Below, one piece after another: positions 27,147 through 38,559 of a stretch of DNA of 64,000 nucleotides (position 1 is its first letter; each line of letters starts with the position of its first letter). The stretch is from Octopus bimaculoides (Eukaryota): assembly GCF_001194135.2 (NCBI RefSeq), contig NC_068988.1, positions 51,702,833 to 51,766,832 on the forward strand, given 5' to 3'. A program made the position numbers and the translations under genes. The notes beneath the pieces were generated by a model. That model had not been told where the DNA came from and did no database searches. It worked only from the letters and a program-made list of their open reading frames with translations.

Positions 27147-28896
27147 CTGCAAGAAACAAAATGTATGTTATTAGATAAATGTTCCAGCAATGATGTTAAA
27201 TATTAAGTCAGTGGGAAGAGGTTTTCCACAACCATAAAAAGTAGGATCATTGAAAAAAGGGAAAAAGCAAGCTCAGGTATGAAGGTTAAGAAATAAATAT
27301 GAAATACTGGCTCTAATATTATGTGAAACGTTTTCTCCCCATTTGATTTTAATCCAGTATTGCAAGGCATTACTTTTGAAGATGCTGAATGAAAATCTGA
27401 AAATAAGCACCTTATACATGAAATGAACATGGGATCCAGATGTACATACAGATCAATCATTGCAGCAGAAAATAAAAGATGTTTAACATTGGCCGTGAAA
27501 AATTACAAAATACACTCGTTTGATTAGCAGATATTTACAGGTGTAGAGAAACCCCTGATATATCCAATTACCTAACCAATTTCATTCTAATAGTGTCATT
27601 TCCTATACCATGCACCAAATACTTTGGTTATAATAAAGTTTCATGAAGTAAACAAAAAAAGGGAGAAATAAACAGCTATAGAAGTCAGGCAACTGATTCT
27701 AGGAGTCTCACACATTTGCTCAACCTGCTAGAAATAGCATTCAAGTCTGCTTCAAATTACACCCTGTTGCTTTGGAAGTTGAGGGACACATTGGATAATG
27801 CACTCCTAGATATGTAATGCCTAAAGAGGAGGATAGCAAAAGCATAGCTTGAATGTCAAAAGGTAACTTTGAGATAAACAATTGATGAAATCAATTAATA
27901 GTATTTTTTTAATTAGATCAACTAAATACACAACCTTCAATGAATGTTTAACACTTTAGAAGAGAAGTAACCATAGTTGTGGATGAAATGGAGACTTTTA
28001 GATGAAATTTTCAAAAATGAAATTATAATGTTAGTAGACTTTAAATGATGGAAGATAGGATCTAGGAAGATACAAAGCAATCAACTTCGTCCACGTTTTC
28101 AGAACATAGATGTAATAATTAGGGTATTTAACATCTTTGTTATTGCATTCAGTGGTCAAAAACCCAATTCCTACAACTAGTGTCAATCTGAACCATGGGT
28201 TCAAATTTTGCAACAGCCACTGTGTTTTAAGCAACATACATAATCAGTTTGTGTCATCCCAAATAGCTGAGAAATAATATCTTTTTCCCATTTTATAGTT
28301 GTATAATAGTGGCCATTAGGTCATCTAGTTGTAAATAAGAATGCAAAACTATTAAAAATATACAAATTTGGTTTGCAAACATCTTATGTTCTGTTTCACT
28401 GAGACCCCATGTTCTCAGGCCTAAAGGGTAAAGAAAGAAAAGAGGAAGACAGAAGGAAGAAACATTTAGTTTAAGAAATAGGGATCACGTGGACGGATTT
28501 GGGAGATTACAAAGCAAGTGGAAACTAAAAGGGACATCTCACCTTATCCTTGTTCCATGATGAACAAACCTGAGAAAAAGCAAGTAACTTGCTTCAGAAA
28601 TGCTAAACGGATGAAGAACTGAAGGTAAATTTCATCAATAAAACTTATTCAGTACTCTGTACCATTTTGTCAACATGGCAAAGTTCAGTACATTTTTTTC
28701 GATGCATGCATGTTTTTGTGATGCTATAGTAATCTATCTAATGGCAATGTGATGTGCAGCTATGATAATTCCTAACTATCTTTTTTTATCCAAGAAGATA
28801 GACCTAACTTTCATTAGATAAAAATAGGTACTTTATATATGAATACAGAGGAAAAGAAAATACATATAAAAGAGAAAGAGATACAAAGATATTTAC

Positions 28897-29021
28897 CTGG
28901 ATTACACTCGGAAACACTTTGGCATGGTCCAGCAAGATACAGTTGAAGGAGCCATAAACACCATCATTGACATAGTACATGAAATGGGGTTCGTCATTTG
29001 CATCCGGCTCCCTGTCTGCAC
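28897..29021 (-). CDS. ODC1: ODC coding exon 8 ([42 protein letters not shown])
   Basis: ttctttgaag|GT ... CAG|[19 protein letters not shown] motif. The 5' boundary could instead be 29015 (a second in-frame AG). Confidence 0.93.
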
Positions 29022-29498
29022 CTTCAAAGAAAAGAGCTTCTTTATTAAGCAAAATAGTGACAGTAGATGAAAAGAAACAAGGAAATTTTAAAAGATTCAG
29101 CATACAATATAACCCAGTACATTTATTTGGAATTGTTTTTACTTAGGTCAATTATTTTAAATCTGAAGTCATTTCATCATTTAACTTGGGCCTAAAATTC
29201 TGTATTTTCTTATGGATAACCAAAATCAGTGTGCAAGTCACGACAGCTTTGTCTCAAGCTGCAAATGTTGATGTTATATTCGGTATCAATGTAGGGAAGT
29301 AAACGGGGCCATATAAGAAGTCAGCACTTGTAATTGTGATTAAGGCTAGGTTAAGCAAAAAAAGACTTCAGTTTGAGAAGGGATCAATCGATGAAAGTGC
29401 AACAATCAACGTCTATAGCATTTGCATTATAATCTAGTATTATTGTGTGTAGAGCTTGCAGAAACTAAAAATTTTTTTAAAAAAAAGTTGATCCTTAC

Positions 29499-29658
29499 CA
29501 AGCGCATTCTCATCTCTACTTGTTACCCTCATAGCTATGATATTCACTCCAAGGGTATATGCTGAAGATACAAAGTACCGGCCTGGTTCAGCGATGATGT
29601 CCACCCCACATGAAGGAGGGAAGTAAATATCCAGTGACTCATTTATAACTTCAGCAAT
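29499..29658 (-). CDS. ODC1: ODC coding exon 7 (IAEVINESLDIYFPPSCGVDIIAEPGRYFVSSAYTLGVNIIAMRVTSRDENAL)
   Basis: ttttctag|ATT ... CTT G|GTAAGG, 160 nt. IIAEPGRY motif. Confidence 0.97.
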
Positions 29659-29969
29659 CTAGAAAAGAGAGAAACCACATTTAACAGCATTCAAAGTCGA
29701 CTGAAATGATTAAGAGATGGCTCATGTCACTAGAGCGGCTGCTGCTATTACAACTACTAAGTAATAATACAGACTTAAAACAATAAAACTATTGGAATTA
29801 AATACAAACATTTCAACATCTTCAAAGACAAAAATATTGGCTCGACATGATATTGTTACAAGCATTACAAGGATGGAGATACACACACACAATCACAGTA
29901 TAGACACTTGACAAATAATTACTTGAAGAGTCCAGCTTTTCAAACTGTCTTTCAAAGAGGTAAAATTAT

Positions 29970-30305
29970 TCTTCTTCTTGTCCAATACTTTGAATCCAGT
30001 TTTGTCCCCGTTAACAGGGGTGGTTGGATCTACCTCACTCCTACAGCAACCGCTCTCACACCATCTTGCCCAGTTTTGGGTGTTCTCCCTCTTCAAGTCA
30101 ACCCTCCTAATCTCCTCCTCCATGTCCCCTCCATGTTTTCTTTGGTCAACCTCGCTTTCATGGTTCATTCACTCTAAACTCAAAAGCAGTCTCCTCAGAA
30201 CATGATCCACATCCCTCCTCAACACATGTCCATACCACTGCACTCCATTCGTCCTTGCCAGCTATTCCACCGATTCCTCCAACCCCATCTATCTCAGCCT
30301 GAACT
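29970..30305 (-). mobile_element. RTE LINE 3' fragment of a second family ((GAA)n tail) in ODC intron
   Basis: Minus-strand translations GVQWYGHVLRRDVDHVLRR and EEEIRRVDLKRENTQNWARW are typical of the RTE ORF end. Confidence 0.8.
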
Positions 30306-30513
30306 CAAATTGAAGTTTTTATTAACACAATGCAGGGCACAATCTCGTGGTTAAGATGTACACTTTGCAACTACATGTGCTGGAGTTTGATTCTACTGCA
30401 TCCTACTATGTCTCCCTTTGGGCAAGTCTTGAGTCAACCAATGTAAGTGAAATTTGGTAGACTGAAACCAAGTTGAAGTCAGAGGTGGGAGTTTATGTTG
30501 TTCCATTGCTTAA

Positions 30514-30730
30514 TTTAACCACTTAGCATTCAGATTACTGTCAAATGTAATGCTTATTTATTCACATAGTTTAAATTTAATCATACATTATCTTGTAGCC
30601 TCAAGATTTTGATGATGTGATTGCTTATTTTTAGAGTGACATTGTAAGGTAGGAGTGAGAGGCTAGATCAAACCAGTTCTATAAAACAGATAGAGAATTT
30701 CAGTCCAATAGGGCACCTGAATATCATCTA
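30514..30730. mobile_element. TTAA-flanked (piggyBac-like) MITE family. Related copies at about 32365-32590 and 43027-43250, termini at about 37840 and 47380
   Basis: ttaacc(c/a)cttagcatt... starts and ...aagggttaa ends, with a shared body (aataagcattacatttgacag; acaatgtcattc). Confidence 0.6.
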
Positions 30731-30837
30731 TAAGTATTCCAACCAAGATTGTAGTTTGAGGTTAACTTTCTTCTACTGATCTCAAAAAGATCATGGATGG
30801 TGCCCTTCTTCCATTGAGTAAGCCATTAATAGTATAC

Positions 30838-30868
<31 letters not shown>

Positions 30869-30899
30869 AAAAGACAAGAGATTGGATATACAAACTTAC

Positions 30900-31065
30900 C
30901 TCATCAAAGGTTATTTCCGGAATTTCATGTCCAGGAAAGCCTCCTCCTATATCTAAGAGTGTTAAATTGTAGCCAAACTTTTCAGCAACATCAAAGACAT
31001 GGCGTGCATCTCTGATAGCAACTTCATAGGCTGCTGCTTCTTGACATCCACTGCCAACATGGAAG
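30900..31065 (-). CDS. ODC1: ODC coding exon 6 (FHVGSGCQEAAAYEVAIRDARHVFDVAEKFGYNLTLLDIGGGFPGHEIPEITFDE)
   Basis: ttccag|C TTC ... GAG|GTAAGT, 166 nt. FHVGSG and LDIGGGFPG motifs. Confidence 0.97.
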
Positions 31066-31199
31066 CTGGAACCAGAATAAATTTATCCGATTGTTATTAC
31101 ATTTTTGGCAGAATAAAAGAAAAGACATGTAAAATATAGACTGTTAATGGTCTAACAAGGAAAAACTAATGACTTTAAAATGGCAGCAATTTTTGAATC

Positions 31200-31960
31200 C
31201 ATCACATACTTGTATCTACCCTATACCAAATCAAGTTACTGCTACTTACTACTCAAACAATCATGTAATAGCTCATCATCTGAGTCATCCAGGCTACACC
31301 ACCCATACAATTGTAGTAATTGAAGTGTACAAACAATGAGCCATTTTCATCCACAAGTGGTTGGACACAAGATTCTTTCTGCTCATAGGCGCTTGCAAAT
31401 TTCCTTTGTGTCATTGGATTTTCACTTCTTTATATCCAACATAAGCTCCTTTTCTTCTTGCAATCGCCACAGCACTAGTATACATTGCTACAGCTTCTAA
31501 GCCCACAAATTTGTCTGAAATATCAGTCGAAAAATGATATATGGCTTTCAGCCACATCGTATGGAAATGATGATTTCCAGCTCATAATACATACTATGCC
31601 ATACTGATTGACCATTGTCTTCTTTATAAAACCAAATTGCAACAATACTCAGTGTCCACTTCACAAATCTTCCAAACCTTCATCCCTTATTTTATGGCTT
31701 ATCTGGCATACATTGCTTGAAAGCCTTTAAATTCTACCATCCCTTCATCAATGGACAGTCTTTCTTGGTTGGTAATAGGACTTACATTTACTTTGAAAAG
31801 TATCCAGGTCTTAATTTAAAGACATCTCCTGGATACTGGAAAGAACATTATAATCATACTTGTTAAATTAAGGATCATAATGTTCTTCTCCATGTATTGC
31901 TGTTGGTGTTTTGCTCATGTGATAATATTAGAAAATACCCATTATTATATTTACTTAAAT
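31200..31960 (-). mobile_element. piggyBac transposase relic in ODC intron
   Basis: Fragments RLSIDEGMVEFKG, FKQCMPDKP, GMKVWKICEVDTEYCCNL and YNNCMGGVAWMTQMMSYY match piggyBac catalytic-core motifs (SIDESM..FKG, KP.K.G.K.W, YN..MGGVD..DQ). There are multiple stops and frameshifts. Confidence 0.82.
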
Positions 31961-31995
31961 ACCTTTATGATTAACCCAATAGTACTCATACATAC

Positions 31996-32133
31996 CTGAC
32001 ACCAACGACTTTTAAGTCGAGGTCTTTCGCTCTCTTCAGTAGAGATGGCACTGTTTTCAGCAGGCACCCAAACTTCAGGCTTAGTTCACACTGAACCTTA
32101 TAGTCATTTGGAGGAAGGATCCTGATAACCAAT
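31996..32133 (-). CDS. ODC1: ODC coding exon 5 (LVIRILPPNDYKVQCELSLKFGCLLKTVPSLLKRAKDLDLKVVGVS)
   Basis: tttcttag|A TTG ... AG|GTATGT, 138 nt. SLKFG and VVGVS motifs. Confidence 0.97.
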
Positions 32134-32843
32134 CTAAGAAAGAACGATAAAGGAATGACAATTAGCAATGTTGTTTGAGATTTCATAATTGCCATTTTGC
32201 AAAGACATAGCTTTTATTGGATTATTTATACTATCTTAAATATGTTATCACAAATTTGGCAAAATCATCTCCCACATGCACACAAAGTAAATGAAAGAAA
32301 AAAAATTAATAAAACCCCATTATGGAAGAGCTATAAATAGTGATGATATTACATCGGTCTCTTACCATCTTACACTTTACCATTTAAATTACTCTCTCAA
32401 ATGCAATGCTTAATTATTCACATTGTTTTGGATTAACTATGATTCATAATCTCATAGCTTTAAGATTTCAATGTTATTATTGTTTATTTTCAGAATGACA
32501 TTATAGGATGGAGTGAGAGGCTGGATCTGGCCAGTCTGAATATAAAACAGGCACAAAATATGGCCAATTTAAATGCTAAAAGGTAGTTAATGATGTTCTA
32601 TGTTAGCACTAGTTAGACAAGAGTGAAGGTATGAAGAGAAACTGATTTAAGAGGAATGTAGCATTAATCACAAGCAGTTTTAAGGTCTTTCCTGCAAGAC
32701 AACTATCTAGAAACTGAAGGGTCATAAAATCAGTTCAAATAAGATTTACTATAATGAAAAATAATCGCACAAGTTTATGCAAACCTCAAATAGTTACATT
32801 AAAAACTGAGAAATAAGATCAAAATAGTGTAAAGGACATTTAC

Positions 32844-33016
32844 TTGGCATCTGGATAGAGTTCTTTGATCTTGTACAGTTCTGTTTCATTGTCAAATGTC
32901 ATCAAAGAGACATTATTCTTTGCAGCATATCTTATAAATGATTTTTGCTTGCATGGGTTGGCATAAATAATGTTGTCACTAGATACACCGAGTTTCAAGA
33001 TTTTCGAGATTTCAGT
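32844..33016 (-). CDS. ODC1: ODC coding exon 4 (TEISKILKLGVSSDNIIYANPCKQKSFIRYAAKNNVSLMTFDNETELYKIKELYPDAK)
   Basis: ttttcacag|ACT ... AA|GTAAAT, 173 nt. IIYANPCK and MTFD motifs. Confidence 0.97.
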
Positions 33017-35128
33017 CTGTGAAAAAAGACAAAAGATTTGATATTTAAGATATTGACAAAGAAACAGCTATCTTAGCATATATTTCTTGATAGTAAATTA
33101 TGGTCTAAAAGAACCTAACAAAATCACAAACTTTTAAGAGGAGCTTTTGAGTAACTAAACATAGCAAACAATATCTTGATATTCTGTGGCAGTTTCAGTC
33201 TTTTCACGCCCCACTGTCACAGTCAATTAAGTAAATGAGGGAGAGTATTTAAGTGTTGCTACTGTACTAAGGATGGTACTGTGACATAATTCTACAAGAC
33301 ATTCAACATACTGACTATGTTGTAAAATAATAAACTGAAAGCTGGGTCTCACAGAGAAAAGAAATGGCTGAATGATTGATTTTCTTAGTAATGGTTCTTC
33401 AAAGATTTCGATTTTTGTCATACAAGAAATATATATTGTATAAACATGACATTATAAATAGGAATTGTTCAATTCTATGAAATACATTTCTCAAATACAA
33501 TTTTTATGCAAAAAAACTGAAGATTAAACAGATGCAGCATTGTAAATATCTAAAACTAAGTCCTATAGTCTTATGTTTACAGTGAGGAATGGCCTTGATG
33601 TTTTTTATCAAAGAATTGTGTGTCGTGTGAAAAACAGTATTATTACAAATTGTAACACGTAAAAATACAAAACATAATTCAAATATCAGTACCCTTACAG
33701 TTCCAAATAAACAGTCTTCTTATGAAATCTTTAATATACATTATAAACAAGTATTCATGATCCTAGATTCTATAACATATCTTTACCTCCAATTTTCGTA
33801 AGTCCTGCTTGCTAACATTGCAAAGACTAAAGTACAGGGAATAAATACAGAGCAGTTTTTTTTATTGTTATTGATCATTCAACCACAAACTCTTCATTGA
33901 CAAATCATGTGCTATCACACAGACATCTAACAATACCTAAATTATGTTGCATGCACTGTCTGCACCACGACCATGTGATTCTGGGTTGACCCCATTGTAC
34001 AGCTGCTTGGACAAGTGTTTACTTATAATCTTGGGTTGGCCAATATATTGAGTGGAATATGGTAGACAGAAATTGTGCAAAACCTTGTTGTGTGTGTGTG
34101 TGTGTGTGCAATTTTTACAAGGAAAAGGTTGATTGAGTTTTGAAATTTCACCATGGATTGATTTCTTGAAGTGTGTACCTGATGAAACTTTGGGGAGAGG
34201 AAGAGAGAGAGAGCACCCCAAAAGATCCCTCAAATGCATGGGGTGACGCTTCAGTTAATATTTGACTGTTTTGATGCATGACTGCACACACACACACACA
34301 CACAGAAGTATGTGTATATGTCTGTATCTATGTGTGTGTGTGTGTGTTTACCAATGCTGTCAGTTTTTAAAAAAAATTGTGTTGTGTCAAAATATTATCT
34401 TAGCCACTTAAAAAAATATAGATCAACAAAATAAGTACCAGACTGAAATAAGTACTGAGGCTGATATGATCGACTAAAAGTTCTCAAAGGCAGTGCCCTG
34501 GCATGGCCACAGTCCAATGACTGAAACCAGTAAAAGAATAAAAAGAAAAAAAAAAAAATCAGAGAAACAACATTGAGAGGGAATTAGAAACAATAAAAAA
34601 CCCACAATGTCAGAGACAAATTAGAAGGTCAACATCAGATTTTGAAAGCAACTGACACTAAATACAGGTTGACCTCAAAAATCTAATCACAAGACATCCA
34701 ACAAAGCTAAATATGGAAGCAAAGCAAATGAGCTACTGATCTACTTTAACAAAGTTAATGATGAAATTAATTGGGATAGAGTAGTTGATAAATTTATCTA
34801 GTTTAAAGGCAGTGAGTAGTTGAATACAACCAACACTACTGCGTGACCTTTACACCGTGTTATTTAGTAGAATACTAAACCTGCTACATCATTCAATACT
34901 TGATGGAAATATCCAGCCAAAGCTTTAATGAAAACATTGCAATGCTTCTCATTTCAAAAAATGTTAATTTGTAATAGTGAGAGGCAACAATGTGTGATTA
35001 TACCGTGTAACATTTAGATGGGTGTGAGAGATGGAGCAGAGAGAAAATATGAAGTGATGGAAAGCGACAATGATGTCAGTGAACAACTAAAAAGCTTTAA
35101 GAGTGGGAGAATGTTAAGATCAACTCAC

Positions 35129-35205
35129 CATACTGGCACAATCAAATCCTGTTCCAAGGCTGACCAAGGTCTTCAGAACCACAGGATCATCATTGCACTT
35201 AACAG
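35129..35205 (-). CDS. ODC1: ODC coding exon 3 ([26 protein letters not shown]), with the PLP-binding Lys
   Basis: ctttcag|CT GTT AAG TGC AAT ... ATG|GTGAGT, 77 nt. AVKCN and GFDCAS motifs. Confidence 0.96.
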
Positions 35206-36026
35206 CTGAAAGTAAACCGAAAGATTACACTGAAGTTTCCTCTATGTTGCAATGGTGGCAATTATTTACACAATAATATGAGGTTAACTGGCGTTTTAAA
35301 AATTAATTTATAGATTCATCCATTAATGAATATCTTTAACCTTTTAGTAGAGTTACTTCAATTGTAAGATTTGATCTACTGGATCCAGGAGTCATTTCTC
35401 TAAACAATAGAACCATAGCAAAATTTGATTCTTGGTTCTTGTATAAGAGATAAATAGATCTATACCTATATTTTGGACATTTACACAATGTTGGAATAAT
35501 TAGTTTAAGAGTTACATCGCCCTTTGTATCATGAACTACTCAACAATGAAGCAATTGTAGTAGCAACACATTTTGCTGAGTTAGGCAGAGAGGTGAGACA
35601 CAACACAAAGGTTGCAGCAAAATTAGAACACATGACCCTTATACTATCATGAAGACTTTCCTCTGTCAACATAAACAGTTGTTAATATTTTCTAATATAA
35701 TGAAATACTTGGAAGGATTCATTGTCAATAGATTCTTTACATACAGTACCAAGGTATCATCATCATCATCATCACCACCACTACCACCACCATCAGACAT
35801 CTGTTTTCCATGCTGGCATGGTCTGAACTGGTAGGGCCAGGGGCCACACCAAGTTCCCACAGTCTGTTTTGGCTTGGTTTCTATAGCTGGATGCCCTTCC
35901 TAATGTCAACTACTCCACAGAGTGTACTGGGTGCTTTTTATGTGGCACCAGCACCCACACCAATGCTTTTTACATGGCAGCTTGTTTTTAGGACATGCAA
36001 TATATTCTCAAGTATAAAGTACTTAC

Positions 36027-36123
36027 CATAAAATGGCTTGATTCTTGGTAGTTTGACATTCCAGTTACAATACTTTTCAATAATATCACCAATGTTGCAA
36101 ACGGTGAAAGCATCTTCACATCC
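36027..36123 (-). CDS. ODC1: ODC coding exon 2 (GCEDAFTVCNIGDIIEKYCNWNVKLPRIKPFY)
   Basis: ctacag|GGA ... TAT G|GTAAGT, 97 nt. The LPRIKPFY motif precedes the PLP lysine. Confidence 0.95.
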
Positions 36124-36946
36124 CTGTAGAACAAAATAATTACTGTTAGAACTACAATTTACTTGCTGTTACATAACAAGAAGAGGCGAATTAATTCTAT
36201 AGAAATAATAACAGCTAACCAAGATGCTTTACAATCACTGGTTTTGCAATCTTTTATTATCAGGAGTAATATTTGACCTAGTATTAAGTTACTGAATGAA
36301 ACATTTTTTATTATGTGTATCTCATTTGTATTTGAATGTATTTTGCATCACTAATATCCGAAAAAATACTATATTCTGCTTTGTATCTATGGGTGTCAAT
36401 GTAGAGTTTTCATAAAAGTTTTGCAATTTGTAGCTTTCTCAACAAACAGCATGTAAAATAGAGTAGAGCTGCATACTCAATAACCAAATAATCTGCTCAA
36501 TATGCAAGACAAACAAGTAGGCAAGGATGACAAAAACTGGCACATAGTATAACCAACTACCCTAATAAGTGCTGCTTTGTCATTACATGTAGTAGTGGCT
36601 CACAAAATATAAAACCTTTCTTAGAGTGAAGTGTTTTATACAAATGTTATATATGTGAATCACTGTATTGTACCACATGTCCATGAGAAAATTTAAAAAA
36701 ACCTAAAGCTAGCATCAAGAGCAAGTATGCAATGAATATTTTTCATTGGTTATAGCTTACAGCTTGACTGCTACTCATGTTATCTATTCAAATATGAAAA
36801 GCGAAGTTGACCCCCAACAAGATTTGAATTTAGAATGTAGAGACATCCACCAACATATTGGTAAGGCATTTTGTCAGCTGATCCACAAATTTTGACATCT
36901 ACCACTTTGGGTTTTAAGAACAACAAATCAACTATAAAGAACTTAC

Positions 36947-37069
36947 CGTTTTTTTGCGATCTTCTATCAGTTGAGCTACAAGCTCCTTGTGGGAAGGATT
37001 GGGAAGCAGTTCTGGGACTACGATGTTCATTTGGCGTCTCATAATTTCGGAGGAATCTTCAAGCGGCAT
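36947..37069 (-). CDS. ODC1: Ornithine decarboxylase coding exon 1 (MPLEDSSEIMRRQMNIVVPELLPNPSHKELVAQLIEDRKKT)
   Basis: Acceptor ctttcag|ATT at 37102, first ATG at 37069, second in-frame ATG at 37042. Donor ACG|GTAAGT, phase 0, in frame with the next exon. Confidence 0.85.
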
Positions 37070-38559
37070 AGAGAGGAGTGATCAAGTAATAATACAAACA
37101 ATCTGAAAGCAAGATGGAAAAAATATTAAAATGGAAATACTCGAAGGAAAAATAAAAAATAAAATTACTCTGAAATTTGAAAATGAGTAACAGAAATTTG
37201 GATTTATTCTTATTCCAATAAAACTGCATCAAAACTAATATTTCTGTTTGGGACCAGGAAAGTTGCACTATTTTGCAATTGCTTACCCTCTCTGAAATAA
37301 GACAATGAAATACTACTCATATTTGGGATGGTGTTTCTATTGTATATGGACACATTCTAGCTAGGAACCAACTCCAGCCCACCTCACCCCAAGGCAATGT
37401 TTCATTCACCCTTAGGTTATGTCAGATATGTCATTTCTTGATTATGTTATCCCTACTGCAATTAGAACAATCTCTGCTCTCTGAACTATTTAGCAGGATG
37501 TACTCTCTACTCAGACCAATCAGTTTTCTGTGTCTCACTTTTCAAACCTGTACTAATTGCTTCATCCAACCTATCATTTTTTGGAATCCCACCCTATTTT
37601 TCACATTTTGTCTAATTCTTTTGTTACTGTATTTATTTTGAGATGCTCTGTGTTTCTTTCAATTACTTTAAATATAACAAAGAATTTAGTAAAATAACTT
37701 AGTTATCATTCAGCTAGTGTTAGGAACATAAATTGTGACTAAGGTTTGGTGGAAGATTTTAATTCAAAATCTATGTAAACAAGATATTTTTACTCAGAGC
37801 TGAAGCCAGTTTCAGCCGGGTTGGTAACAAAAGGGTTAAACATCTCATCCAACAGATTTTCAAATCGAATATCAACTGCATGTAAACTCTCTAGTCGCTT
37901 TAGAGGTGGGCACTGCCACTAACAAATTATTCCTCTTACTGTGAGCTCTGCACAGTAACAAGTGAAGGTGCCTGACCTTTCAACGTCAACTCCAGTTCTG
38001 CTGTACCCCTACACAATATTTGGTTTACCTTACTAAAACGGTAATTGCCTTTCTCACTGAACTAAGTTTCAACTGATATTAGGCAAGTTTTTTAGCTATA
38101 ACTTCTGCAGACAACTGGAAACTTCAAATCTACCCAATCTGTGTAAATCTGAAATACAGACAGACATATTTTATATATAATGTCAATTTCCTATTTCAGG
38201 ATGTGTGTTTATTTTTTTTATAGAGATATGACAGCAAGACAAGAAAGACAAGATCAAAGGAAAAACAAGGTATTTATTTTATTGTCCTACAATGGCGAAT
38301 AAAATGTTTAGCCTCCATCTAAGCAAAACAAATATATTATAGAAGTTTTTTTTTGTTTGTTTGAAATGAGCTTTTTCACTGATATCTACACTTTCCACCA
38401 GTATTTTTAATTGGTTTGACCCCAAAAGAAAGAGTCCTGCATATAGCCTTTACAAGCTGAAATCTGCATTTCCTGGATAGGATGGAAATTCTAGAGAGGC
38501 AAGGTTCTGGAAAGCAAGGACTAGGCATATTAGTAAATGCAGAGCTTGCAGGAGAGATA

